Positions 18,780-28,448 are shown, counted from the stretch's first letter. The stretch is DNA of 64,000 bases from a candidate division WWE3 bacterium RIFOXYC1_FULL_40_10 (GCA_001773215.1 MEWB01000001.1:742099-806098); one strand, 5' to 3'. A program made the numbers and translations. Notes: a model not told the origin generated them from the sequence alone.

Positions 18780-19328
18780 ATGGACACTTTGAGAAAAGGT
18801 TCGACTTTTTTTTATTCGGTTGTATTCGTAGTCGGTCTGGTGGTATTCATGCTTGCGACTATAGTTAGAGAAAACAATCTCGAGGAAAGGATTTCCGTTC
18901 TGGAAGCGCAAGTGGATGACAATAACGCAAGCGCCAGAGCGTGGATTGCTCGTGTAGAGCTACAGTGTTCCATTCCCATCTTTCAACTTCAGAAAGAGGC
19001 CGCTGATCGAGGGGAAATGATTCTTGAGGAGATGGAATATATCTCTGTAGATACGGCTCCCTATCTGGAAATTGTGTACCTAGGGGACTCTTACAAGGTC
19101 GCCGGAAGTCAGGGTAGATTTGTAAAACTCTACAATGGTTTTTTTGTTCAGATTCAACCGGTAGGGTCGAAAAATTTGATTGTATTCGACCATGTTTTCT
19201 CTCCAGGAGACTACGTAACAGCTAATCAAATTGGGTTCGAAGTAGGGATCGTTATATCTCATTACCAGGGTAGCATTGAACATTGGCGACTGGATTTTGA
19301 AACAGGCAAGGTCACAAAAATCAAATAA
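18780..19328 (+). CDS. Hypothetical membrane-anchored protein (N-terminal TM, 182 aa)
   Basis: RBS plus ATG. One N-terminal TM helix. Appears modestly GC-elevated by eye. Confidence 0.5.
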   Translation: MDTLRKGSTFFYSVVFVVGLVVFMLATIVRENNLEERISVLEAQVDDNNASARAWIARVELQCSIPIFQLQKEAADRGEMILEEMEYISVDTAPYLEIVYLGDSYKVAGSQGRFVKLYNGFFVQIQPVGSKNLIVFDHVFSPGDYVTANQIGFEVGIVISHYQGSIEHWRLDFETGKVTKIK

Positions 19329-19342
19329 TAAAGGAGATATCG

Positions 19343-19756
19343 ATGGTAATCGTGAGTGGTAACTATACTGGAAATAAGCTTGGTTACAGTGGGTTGTCGA
19401 AGCACGATCTACAAGTACTAAACACTGCAGTTGCTCAACGCGGCATTAGGATTTCGATAATTCCACTTCTAGATGTGGAACCCGGCACAGCACAGGTGTC
19501 AATCCTTGATATTCCTTGTCGAATTGACGAGGAAACCTTGGACAGGCTGTTGTGCGAAGCGATCGCCGCCACCTCGGAAACAGTTTTTGTTCACATTCCT
19601 AAGACATGTTGGAATATGTTGGGCAAGTTCCTCAAGGCAACAGAGTATTATCACCGAATTGAGCTCCTTGCAAGCAATCTAGGAACCATCGAGGGCTGGA
19701 ACGAATTTCTCGTTCAAGCGGAATTATGTCTTGCTGAACTACCTGCCGACGAGTAA
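19343..19756 (+). CDS. Hypothetical soluble protein (137 aa)
   Basis: GGAG RBS. Co-directional, 14 nt after the previous ORF. No recognisable motif. Confidence 0.5.
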   Translation: MVIVSGNYTGNKLGYSGLSKHDLQVLNTAVAQRGIRISIIPLLDVEPGTAQVSILDIPCRIDEETLDRLLCEAIAATSETVFVHIPKTCWNMLGKFLKATEYYHRIELLASNLGTIEGWNEFLVQAELCLAELPADE

Positions 19757-19820
19757 GTCTCCTGGGCCTGATTGAGTACTTTAGTACGAAATCGGGCCCA
19801 TTACTTGGTATCATATATTC

Positions 19821-20315
19821 ATGCACCAAATCCTAAAAATTGCACTTTTCACTGTACTGGCAACATTCACTATTATATTTACATATCCTTATGTTGCACC
19901 TTACATTTCTGAGCTTCTTGTAAACGTCACATCCCCGGCGGAATTTGAGTATGCAAATGTGAAAATAGGAGGACACATGGTAAAAGCCAAAATTGCCGAT
20001 ACAGTAAGCAAGAGGGATAAGGGACTCATGCAAGTGAAAACCCTCGGAAACCTACAGGGAATGCTTTTTATTTTCGAAAAACCCGGTTTCCATCGGATTT
20101 GGATGAAAGATATGCAAATACCTTTAGATATACTTTGGATTGATGACACCTTAAAAATAGTCCATTTAGAACAAGCGGTGACACCCTGTTCAGCCTCACA
20201 AAATCCTTGTCCTTCATATACGTCAGTTGATTCCGCGAAATATGTTTTAGAACTCAATTCCGGCTGGACTCAACGAAGCACTGTAAAAGTTGGCGATAGC
20301 GTGGAAATTAATTAA
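19821..20315 (+). CDS. DUF192 (COG1430) domain protein with N-terminal signal/anchor
   Basis: Pattern GLMQ...GMLFIF...FHRIWMKDMQIPLDILWID...IV matches the DUF192 consensus. Confidence 0.6.
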   Translation: MHQILKIALFTVLATFTIIFTYPYVAPYISELLVNVTSPAEFEYANVKIGGHMVKAKIADTVSKRDKGLMQVKTLGNLQGMLFIFEKPGFHRIWMKDMQIPLDILWIDDTLKIVHLEQAVTPCSASQNPCPSYTSVDSAKYVLELNSGWTQRSTVKVGDSVEIN

Positions 20316-21318
20316 CAGGATCTAAAAGATGATGTTCAATAGTTACTCCCTCCACAGAGTATGCGTAGTCAAGCATTAAAATCATATCCCCTTTTCTATC
20401 GTTACTTCCCAAAACCACTCCTACTACCTCCACTCCATTGTTCTTTGCATAAGTTACCAAGCACAATCCAGCTTCCTCAGTATATCCGGTCTTAACCCCA
20501 GCTACTCCTGGATAGCTGGATAACAAGTTCGTTTGATTATACAAAGAAAGATATTTGTGCTTGCTTGTGGCCGGAAGCTCCTTTTCCAAGGTGGCAGCCA
20601 CTTGCTTAAATTTTGGATTCTTAAGGGCATATCGAGTTAAATAAACCAAGTCTCTGGGAGAAGTATAGGAGGCATCATTTAACCCACTAGGATCAGTGAA
20701 ATAACTGTTTTTTAAACCCAACTCCTTGCCCTTTATATTCATCCACTCAACAAAGGTTTTTACATCCCCAGCAACTCCTTCAGCTATGGCATAGGCCGCA
20801 TCATTTCCCGAGTGCAAAACAAGACCATACAAAAGTTCCTCTAAAGTATAAACTTCTCCTTCTGAGATACCCATGGAATTTTCGCCGACTGTAGCGGCGT
20901 ATTCGGAAACAATGATCTCTTGATCCGGCTGCATGTGCTCTAAAGCCACAACGGCAGTGACTATTTTAATTAAACTTGCCAAAGGCCTGCGAGAATCCAA
21001 ATCCTTTTGAAATAAAATACTGCCATCATTGAGTTCCACTATCATCCCCGCCGCTCCATTTATATCAGGTTGCGTCGAAATACCCTTAACTTCCCCGACA
21101 TTCCAACCATCATCAGTAAAATAATCTCCTAATTTTGACGCCGCATATAGGTCAACTGCATCCGGCTGCCTAAACGATTTGACCTTTATTCCTCTCTCGG
21201 CCGGTTTTGTTAAAAATAGTAGATAAAGGGCAAGGCCTACGGAGAATATTACAAAAGAATAGGTGATCAGTGTACTCAAAAGTATTCGTGGCGAGGGGCT
21301 AGTTGGTCCAATTGTCAT
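20308..21318 (-). CDS. D-alanyl-D-alanine carboxypeptidase (PBP5/S11 family)
   Basis: SxxK (ASLIK), SGN (HSGND) and KTG (KTGYT) motifs with an N-terminal TM anchor. Start taken at the internal ATG at 21318 to avoid head-on overlap with the trxA start. Confidence 0.75.
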   Translation of the reverse strand: MTIGPTSPSPRILLSTLITYSFVIFSVGLALYLLFLTKPAERGIKVKSFRQPDAVDLYAASKLGDYFTDDGWNVGEVKGISTQPDINGAAGMIVELNDGSILFQKDLDSRRPLASLIKIVTAVVALEHMQPDQEIIVSEYAATVGENSMGISEGEVYTLEELLYGLVLHSGNDAAYAIAEGVAGDVKTFVEWMNIKGKELGLKNSYFTDPSGLNDASYTSPRDLVYLTRYALKNPKFKQVAATLEKELPATSKHKYLSLYNQTNLLSSYPGVAGVKTGYTEEAGLCLVTYAKNNGVEVVGVVLGSNDRKGDMILMLDYAYSVEGVTIEHHLLDPVN

Positions 21319-21392
21319 ATGCAAATGATATGTTATCATAGATAGTGCTTTACCAGGCAACAATTTTTTTAATTTATTTGGAGATTTAAAAG

Positions 21393-21656
21393 ATGTTAAC
21401 ACTTATTGATTTTTATGCTGATTGGTGTGGACCTTGCAAGATGATGTCACCGGTTTTAGAGAAACTCGAGAAAACTTATTCGGCTAAAGTAGAATTTAAA
21501 AAAGTAGACGTGGAGGCTGATGGGGCTATGTCGGCGAAATTCGGCATTCAAAGTATTCCCACTTTTGTGTTAGTAAAAGATGATAAAGAAATCGATCGGA
21601 GAATGGGCGCCGCACCCGAAGAAGTGATGAAACAGTGGATTAACAGCCACCTATAG
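21393..21656 (+). CDS. trxA: Thioredoxin
   Basis: WCGPC active site, 87 aa. Confidence 0.85.
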   Translation: MLTLIDFYADWCGPCKMMSPVLEKLEKTYSAKVEFKKVDVEADGAMSAKFGIQSIPTFVLVKDDKEIDRRMGAAPEEVMKQWINSHL

Positions 21657-21701
21657 GCAAAATTTGATATAATACCCCCAAATACAAACGTAGCGAAGGA
21701 G

Positions 21702-22100
21702 TTGAGCATGTATAAGATATTGATCGATGTCACAGGCAGACAACTACTTCTGCAAATGGCGACTATATCGAATGGGGTTGCTTTAGTCATGTCCGGAGAA
21801 GCGGTTGAGTCATCACAATTGATTTTCAAGGAGCTCCGTATCACCCAAGACTACAAGAAGGCAGTTACGGACTTGTTTGAGCAAATTTTGAGACTTGCGA
21901 GGGGTGAACTAACTATTGCAGAAAGCGGCATCGGTGACACTTTGATTACTGTACGCAAGACAGAAGAATTTACCGGGGTGACTAACAAAAAGATTTTTCA
22001 AATGTGCCTTGATAAGAACCCAAACTTTTGTTTTAACCTAACAATGGAGAATCTTTTACCCTTGTTCTGCAATCTTAACAGCTATATCTTAGGAGATTAA
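21702..22100 (+). CDS. Hypothetical soluble protein, member 1 of a tandem trio
   Basis: GGAG RBS. 132 aa. No known motif. Confidence 0.5.
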   Translation: MSMYKILIDVTGRQLLLQMATISNGVALVMSGEAVESSQLIFKELRITQDYKKAVTDLFEQILRLARGELTIAESGIGDTLITVRKTEEFTGVTNKKIFQMCLDKNPNFCFNLTMENLLPLFCNLNSYILGD

Positions 22101-22102
22101 AA

Positions 22103-22447
22103 ATGCTTGTTACTACTGATAGTAATTACTTCTTTTGGGGAGAAAAACGCCACAAGGGTTACTTAATAAAGCTAGGTGTGATGGAAGACTATTACACCGC
22201 CTTGATTACAAACGAAGAAGATGTAGAACTGTTCGTTGATGAAGTGAGTACGAAGAGCGAACTCGACAATCCGGTGTGGGAAGCCAAATTAGGTGAAACC
22301 CTCACGGTGACGAAAGTTCCCAATATCTTAAATAAAGGACCAATCTACATTGTAAAGGGAAACACTACACACCAAATAGGGATCGACCAAGCAGTGTTTG
22401 ACGAGTTCATCAAAGAGCTTATCGAATACTTTGGTACCACAACCTAA
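22103..22447 (+). CDS. Hypothetical soluble protein, member 2 of the trio
   Basis: Starts 3 nt after the previous stop. C-terminal ...IGIDQAVFDEFIKELIEYFGTTT. Confidence 0.5.
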   Translation: MLVTTDSNYFFWGEKRHKGYLIKLGVMEDYYTALITNEEDVELFVDEVSTKSELDNPVWEAKLGETLTVTKVPNILNKGPIYIVKGNTTHQIGIDQAVFDEFIKELIEYFGTTT

Positions 22448-22462
22448 CAAGCTGGAGGAAAA

Positions 22463-22804
22463 ATGAGTGGGATTATTGAGGACCGAGGTCTTTCTACGGC
22501 GGCACTTGAGTGGCGTGCGACACGCAAGGGATTTGTGATTCAGATAGTTGGGATAGACCATCAGGCCGAGTTTGTTATTAAACCGGATGACGTTGACACA
22601 GCGACACGCTTGGTAAGGGATATGATGGAGGGAAATGTTCTTGATGTAAAAGGCCGGCTGATTATCGCACCGGCGTTGGGAGAACTTCCGGAAGGGATCT
22701 TCCTTTTCATAATAATGATAAATGATACGTTTTTTGTTGTATCTGCAGATACACTGTTGATGGTGGCTAGAGACCTTGCCAAATACTTCGAACTCGATAC
22801 TTAG
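22463..22804 (+). CDS. Hypothetical soluble protein, member 3 of the trio
   Basis: GGAGG RBS. C-terminal ...VVSADTLLMVARDLAKYFELDT resembles member 2. Confidence 0.5.
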   Translation: MSGIIEDRGLSTAALEWRATRKGFVIQIVGIDHQAEFVIKPDDVDTATRLVRDMMEGNVLDVKGRLIIAPALGELPEGIFLFIIMINDTFFVVSADTLLMVARDLAKYFELDT

Positions 22805-22811
22805 GATTTTT

Positions 22812-22853
22812 GGCCGATGAGTAGATCACCCATACTCACCGGCCTTTTTGTTT
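22812..22853 (+). terminator. Rho-independent terminator after the trio
   Basis: GGCCG-A-TGAGTA...TACTCA-C-CGGCC extended hairpin followed by TTTTTGTTT. Confidence 0.5.
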
Positions 22854-22879
22854 AGAGAATTCTTTGTTATCATTTACTC

Positions 22880-23959
22880 ATGCCCGTTCGAATAGCAATT
22901 AACGGTTTTGGCCGTATCGGTAGATCCTCTTTCAAAATAGCCTTTGATAACCCCAAGGCTGAAATAGTTGCGATAAATGATCTCACAAATCCCCGCGTAC
23001 TGGCTCACTTACTAAAGTACGATACTGCCTATGGAATTTTTGACAAAGAAATTTATATGGAGGAAGACGGAAAAATAGTTCAGCTAAGCGATTACCACGG
23101 TGAAACCGATTTTTACACAACAACAGCTAAAGAAACCTATTTAGTAGTGGGCGGGAAAAAAACACTGGTAACTTCAATTCCAGATCCCACTCAACTCCCA
23201 TGGAAAGATCTAAATGTGGATATCGTTTTGGAGTGTACAGGCCGATATGTGGAAGGTGACGCCGCATTGGATCACCTTAAGGCAGGCGCAAAAAAAGTAG
23301 TGGTATCAGCACCAACAAAAGGAGGGACAATTCCAACATTTGTATTGGGAGCTAATCAAGATCAATATTTAGGCCAAAACGCATTTTCTAACGCTTCGTG
23401 CACCACAAATTGCACATCTCCGGTGGTATCTATAATTCATTCTAAATTTAAGGTCTTAAAGGCCATGTTAACCACAGTTCACGCCTTAACATCCGGGCAA
23501 AATTTAGTTGACGGACCTCCCAATCCACGAAAACCCGATTTACGCGAGGGCCGAGCGGCCGGATTTAACATGGTCCCCACTTCCACCGGTGCAGCCAAAG
23601 CTACTGTAGAAACAATCCCGGATCTTAAGGGAAAATTCGACGGAGTCTCCATTAGAGTACCTATTATTACCGGATCTATTACTGATATCGTTATGCTGGT
23701 AGAAAAAAAGACTACTGTAGAGGAAATAAATCAGACCTTCATCGAAGCTAAAGAAAACCCTATATACAAAGGGGTTTTGGATGCAACCTGGGAACCAATA
23801 GTTTCTTCGGACATAATAAAAAGCCACTACTCTGCAATTGTTGATCTGGCCTTTACCAGGGTTGTCGATGGAGACCTAGTAAAAGTTATGGCCTGGTACG
23901 ACAATGAATGGGGATACTCCAACCGCTTGGTTGAAATCGCAATCTTAGCCTGCGAATAG
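22880..23959 (+). CDS. gap: Glyceraldehyde-3-phosphate dehydrogenase
   Basis: NGFGRIGR Rossmann motif, catalytic SCTTNC, 359 aa. Confidence 0.9.
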   Translation: MPVRIAINGFGRIGRSSFKIAFDNPKAEIVAINDLTNPRVLAHLLKYDTAYGIFDKEIYMEEDGKIVQLSDYHGETDFYTTTAKETYLVVGGKKTLVTSIPDPTQLPWKDLNVDIVLECTGRYVEGDAALDHLKAGAKKVVVSAPTKGGTIPTFVLGANQDQYLGQNAFSNASCTTNCTSPVVSIIHSKFKVLKAMLTTVHALTSGQNLVDGPPNPRKPDLREGRAAGFNMVPTSTGAAKATVETIPDLKGKFDGVSIRVPIITGSITDIVMLVEKKTTVEEINQTFIEAKENPIYKGVLDATWEPIVSSDIIKSHYSAIVDLAFTRVVDGDLVKVMAWYDNEWGYSNRLVEIAILACE

Positions 23960-23976
23960 TGATAAAATAGTCCCAC

Positions 23977-24933
23977 ATGAGAAAACTTATAGAAGCTAAC
24001 ATAGAACCAAACACAAAAGTTTTTGTGGCGGCCGATTTGGATGTGGTTATTAAAAACGGAAAGATCCTAGAAAGCTATCGCCTTGAAAGCCTGCTACCAA
24101 CTTTAAACTTTATCATAAAAGCTGGGGCCACCCCGGTGATAGGCGGACATATGGGACAACCACATGGAGAGTATGATGAGGAACTATCAACGAAACACTT
24201 GCTACCTTTTTTTGATGAAAATCTAGGTAAGCACAGTTTTGAATTACTGGAAAATTTGCGCTTTGATAAACATGAGGAAGAAAATAATTTAGAGTACGCG
24301 AAAGAAATTGCACACGAATGCCTAATTTATGTGAACGAAAACTTCTCGACATCTCACAGAAAAAATGCTTCGATAACTCAAATCCCTACTTTTTTGCCTT
24401 CTTATGCAGGGTTGCATCTTCAGCAGGAAATTGAAACCTTAGAAGGATTGGCAAAGAATCCAAATAGACCTTTAGTTGCAATAGTAGGTGGAAAAAAGCT
24501 GGAAAGTAAAATCCCCGCGATAAACAAATTAATCAACATTTCCGACTTCGTACTCGTAGGAGGGAAACTCGGGTTGGACTGGACCGGAGAAATTCCCCAA
24601 AATTTAGTGCTTGCCCAAGACTATGTTGACGTTAGCAAAGATATTGGTGAAGAAACAATTACCCTATTTAAAGACAAGATAAAGTCAGCTAAAACAATAG
24701 TATGGGCGGGACCTATGGGACAGTTTGAGGACTCAAGATACACAAGAGGAAATTCGGCAGTTGCTGAAGCCATAATAGACTCCGGTGCATTCTCCATTGT
24801 GGGCGGCGGAGACACTATAGCAGCATTAGATTCCTTGAAGCTACTGGATAAAATGGGCTTTGTCTCAACAGGAGGTGGTGCCATGCTGGAATTAATAGCT
24901 ACGGGTACTATTTCGGGGATTGAGGTGTTATGA
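23977..24933 (+). CDS. pgk: Phosphoglycerate kinase (compact, 318 aa)
   Basis: N-domain GGHMGQP, ENLRF, STSHR. C-domain GGKKLESKI, GGGDT, STGGGA. Confidence 0.85.
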   Translation: MRKLIEANIEPNTKVFVAADLDVVIKNGKILESYRLESLLPTLNFIIKAGATPVIGGHMGQPHGEYDEELSTKHLLPFFDENLGKHSFELLENLRFDKHEEENNLEYAKEIAHECLIYVNENFSTSHRKNASITQIPTFLPSYAGLHLQQEIETLEGLAKNPNRPLVAIVGGKKLESKIPAINKLINISDFVLVGGKLGLDWTGEIPQNLVLAQDYVDVSKDIGEETITLFKDKIKSAKTIVWAGPMGQFEDSRYTRGNSAVAEAIIDSGAFSIVGGGDTIAALDSLKLLDKMGFVSTGGGAMLELIATGTISGIEVL

Positions 24934-25202
24934 AAAAACAAAATACCCTGACCATATCAAAAAGTAACAAGTGTATCGGCTGTGAGATGTGTGTGTTCGA
25001 AACACAGAGGCAGCTTAAAAGAATTGGCTTAGAAGGATCCTTAATTAGGATATTTAGAGATAATGATATAGGGAAAGATTCATCATATAAGGTATTGATC
25101 GATCCTACTATCGTGGCTTGTGACTTAGAAAAAATTGCTGCAATTTGCCCAAACCAAGTTTTAGTTATTTCCAGTGAGGACACCGATGAATTTGTCATCT
25201 AA
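24930..25202 (+). CDS. Ferredoxin-like small Fe-S protein (CxxCxxC...CP)
   Basis: The start overlaps the pgk stop (ATGA). CIGCEMC plus a distal AAICP, typical of a single [4Fe-4S] ferredoxin. Confidence 0.5.
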   Translation: MKKQNTLTISKSNKCIGCEMCVFETQRQLKRIGLEGSLIRIFRDNDIGKDSSYKVLIDPTIVACDLEKIAAICPNQVLVISSEDTDEFVI

Positions 25203-26025
25203 AAAAGTTTTAGTAATCAACCTGGAAACCGAAGAGACCGAGGTTAAAACGTACAAAGAGTTGCACAAATTCGTGGGAGGCATAGGACTTGGGCTTAAGT
25301 TATATGAATTGTATTACAAACAAGACCCTTTAATATTCTCCATAGGACCGCTAAACGGATTTTACCCATTCGCTTCCAAAACCTCGGTTTTGCTTAATAA
25401 CGAAGGCGTGATCGAGGATCTATATATCGGAGGCAACTTATCAACCAGAATAAGATTCTGCGGACTTGATTCGATAGTAATAATAGGAACAGCCAAAAAT
25501 AATCTAGTGGTGGATATACTCAATACAAACGTAAAGTTTGAAAAGGGCGTTCCTATAGAAAATCTCGGATTACCAGGTAAAAGAAGCGTTCTTAGGGTTT
25601 TTGAAAACAAAGCCTTGCTCGAGGACTATTTTCAAACCCCGCATGACTTTTTATATAAAACTCTAAAAAACAAACGAGTAGATGGGGTTGTGGTAACAGG
25701 TTCGGAAGTTTTTTCAGTAGATAAATTCTCAGATTACACTGTTCTATACAATAAAATATTGTCCCAGAGAGATGAGATAAGCATTAAGGCCGATACATAT
25801 CCATCGTGCAGTAACTGCCCTCGGGGTTGTCAAAGATCCATAAAAGGGGAAATTGGAGGTAATGTACTTACTCACTGCCTAGTGACGTGCCAGTTTGCAG
25901 ACTCAATTTTCAATAATATAGGAATAGTCTTTTCATGCCTCAACACACTGGGGTATGATTATAATCACGAGGATTTGGAAAATGCCCCATCGCTCGTTGA
26001 AGAATTACTTAAAAAGCTGTCCTAA
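25174..26025 (+). CDS. Truncated aldehyde:ferredoxin oxidoreductase-like protein (AOR N-domain plus Cys motif, lacking the pterin domains)
   Basis: INLETEETEVKTY / VGGIGLGLKLY / IGPLNG / GGNLSTRIRFCGLDSIVIIG parallels the AOR N-domain. CSNCPRGC parallels the AOR cluster motif CxxCxxxC. Only 283 aa; an alternative ATG lies at 25186. Confidence 0.5.
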   Translation: MRTPMNLSSKKVLVINLETEETEVKTYKELHKFVGGIGLGLKLYELYYKQDPLIFSIGPLNGFYPFASKTSVLLNNEGVIEDLYIGGNLSTRIRFCGLDSIVIIGTAKNNLVVDILNTNVKFEKGVPIENLGLPGKRSVLRVFENKALLEDYFQTPHDFLYKTLKNKRVDGVVVTGSEVFSVDKFSDYTVLYNKILSQRDEISIKADTYPSCSNCPRGCQRSIKGEIGGNVLTHCLVTCQFADSIFNNIGIVFSCLNTLGYDYNHEDLENAPSLVEELLKKLS

Positions 26026-26027
26026 CA

Positions 26028-26677
26028 TGAAACTGATCACTGCCAACTGGAAAATGAATATGTCCACCGAGGAAGCTCTTGAATGGGCTACACGGTTTCG
26101 TGAAATTATACCCAAGCCTTTGGTGAACTCTAAAGTGATAGTTGCGCCCTCGTTAGTTCATTTGCCTTTAATATTCGAAGTTCTATATAAAACAGGCGTT
26201 GAGTTGGCGGCGCAGGATATCTCGTTATTCGAGAAAGGCGCTCACACGGGAGAAGTTGGCGGCTTTCAACTTAGAGACTTCTGTAAATATTGCATCATTG
26301 GACACAGCGAGAGGAATGAGACAACGGAAACCGTTTTACTGAAAAGGGATGCTTGTCTTTCCTCCGGCTTGACACCAATAATATGCTTCAGCGACAACTC
26401 CTTAGTCAGGATTTTATCCAAGAAAGGTGTTATACTTGCTCGGGAAAATCCTCAAAACATCTCTGTGAACGGTGTATATAGAGAAGATAACATTGAGGCT
26501 ATAGAAAGAATATTCTCTGAACTCCCCAAAGAGACCCAAGTAATATACGGCGGATCCGTAAATAGGCAAAACGCACCGAAATTGGCGCATATTTCGGGAT
26601 TAGAAGGCGTCCTGGTAGGCAATGCCAGTTTGGATCCTCAACATTTTGTAGAGATAATTGAAATATTTGATAAATGA
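26028..26677 (+). CDS. tpiA: Triosephosphate isomerase
   Basis: ANWKMN, IGHSERN, GGS...NA motifs. Start taken at the MKLITANWKMN methionine 3 nt after the upstream stop, rather than the track start at 25955. Confidence 0.85.
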
Positions 26678-27741
26678 AATACTGCGATTTGCATAAACAA
26701 CTTAATACAACTGAAAAACCACAGGGAAGCGGTACTAAACTGTATATTTCATTAGCAATCATTACAGCAGTTCTTTTGGCTTTTGGAGGTTTTATACTAA
26801 AGGGAAATATTAGACCCATATCAATTATTGCGAACGCGACAATGGTGAATCTTAAAGAAACCGATGGCAGAACCAATATACTAATTGTAGGTTCGGATAG
26901 GCGCGATTACGGAACTTTGGCTGAAAACCCGGTGTTAACAGATACTATACTAGTTGCCTCAATTGGAAAGTTCGACAAAGACGTGGTGCTGATATCTATT
27001 CCCAGGGACTTGTGGGTAGAACTTCCGGGCGGAGGGCAAGAAAAAGTTAATTCGGTATATGCGATTGAAACAGCTCGCGGAAATGACGGAATGGCTAATT
27101 TAGACAAAGTTATTGAGGATATCCTTGGAATGCCTATTCACTATCATACAATGGTTACTTTTGGGCTTTTTCAGGAAATTATAGACATTTTGGGAGGAGT
27201 CGAAGTGGAGGTGGCAAATTCATTCACCGACTACTATTACCCTGTAGAAGGCAAAGAAAATGCACCAATGAACGAACGCTACGAAACAATAAGCTTTAAA
27301 CAAGGCACTGCTACTATGGACGGGGAAACCGCACTTAAATTTGTTCGATCCAGAAAGGGCGATAACGATGAGGGAACTGACTTTGCGCGAGCTAAAAGGC
27401 AACAGGCGGTGATAGCCTCAATTAAGAAGAAAGCGTTAAATTTGGGTACACTTTTAAATCCAATAAAACTTAAAGGACTTTACGATGCCTATTCCTCGAA
27501 TGTTGAAACAAACATGGATTTTGGAACGATAGAAAATTTTTACTTACTTTCCCAACAAATAAATTTCGAAAAGATAGTCTCTATTGTTTTAGATGATAGA
27601 AGCTCAGCTATTGAAGGCGGGTTGTTGTATGCACCTGCAGATACCACTCTTTATGGCGGGAAGTATGTGCTAATACCTCAAACCGGAGATTACTCTCAAA
27701 TACACGCCTACATACAAAAATACCTATTTGGCGGAAAGTAG
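26674..27741 (+). CDS. LytR-CpsA-Psr (LCP) family cell-envelope phosphotransferase
   Basis: N-terminal TM. NILIVGSDRR...TDTILVASI...ISIPRDLWV...KVNSVYA...GGV LCP core. Confidence 0.8.
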   Translation: MKYCDLHKQLNTTEKPQGSGTKLYISLAIITAVLLAFGGFILKGNIRPISIIANATMVNLKETDGRTNILIVGSDRRDYGTLAENPVLTDTILVASIGKFDKDVVLISIPRDLWVELPGGGQEKVNSVYAIETARGNDGMANLDKVIEDILGMPIHYHTMVTFGLFQEIIDILGGVEVEVANSFTDYYYPVEGKENAPMNERYETISFKQGTATMDGETALKFVRSRKGDNDEGTDFARAKRQQAVIASIKKKALNLGTLLNPIKLKGLYDAYSSNVETNMDFGTIENFYLLSQQINFEKIVSIVLDDRSSAIEGGLLYAPADTTLYGGKYVLIPQTGDYSQIHAYIQKYLFGGK

Positions 27742-27749
27742 CTTACTAA

Positions 27750-28448
27750 ATGATAATTATCGTTCACGGTGATGATTCAGCAAAATCCAGAGCACAGGCT
27801 ATTAATCATTTTAAAAAGCAAGCCTTGGGTACTAAGTTTGAACTTAAGCTCGAAGACTCTACCCCGGACATTCTTTATGAGTTAACTCACAAGAAAGACC
27901 TTTTCGGGGGATATACATCGGTGATTTTGGATATTACCGGAAGTAAAAGCCCAGACTTTGAGGGTTATCAAAAAATACTTGAATCAGTTCCTACTGAAAA
28001 TACTCTAATTATCTTTTCTTCAAAGGATCTTCCAAAAAACCACTTTGTAATAAAAATGGCGCAAAAAGAAAAAATAAAGGTGTTTGAGAATAACCCTATC
28101 CCAAGCGGGAATATTTTTAAATTTATAGACTCTTTATTCAACAAAGATCGTGTAGGTACATATAAAGAACTTACCTCCCTTGCAAAGGATGATGTAGATA
28201 ACTTTTATATTTTTTCTATGATTTTATACGGGCTCAGAAATCTAATACATGCCGATATCAAATCTGTTAAATTTCAGCAGATGCAGAGTTTTCAGCAAAC
28301 AAAGCTTAGTCAGCAAACCAAGAAGTTCGGCGAAAGCAAACTTAAGAACCTTTTGGAAGAGCTATACCTACTTGATAAAAGGGTTAAAACAGGCGAAATT
28401 GACGCTGACCTAATGATAACCATAGCTATAGAAAAAGTGCTCTGTTAA
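27750..28448 (+). CDS. DNA polymerase III delta-subunit-like protein (HolA-like), tentative
   Basis: Length and N-terminal pattern (IIIVHGDD...LFGG...LIIFSS...KVFE) resemble compact HolA. Weak. Confidence 0.4.
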   Translation: MIIIVHGDDSAKSRAQAINHFKKQALGTKFELKLEDSTPDILYELTHKKDLFGGYTSVILDITGSKSPDFEGYQKILESVPTENTLIIFSSKDLPKNHFVIKMAQKEKIKVFENNPIPSGNIFKFIDSLFNKDRVGTYKELTSLAKDDVDNFYIFSMILYGLRNLIHADIKSVKFQQMQSFQQTKLSQQTKKFGESKLKNLLEELYLLDKRVKTGEIDADLMITIAIEKVLC

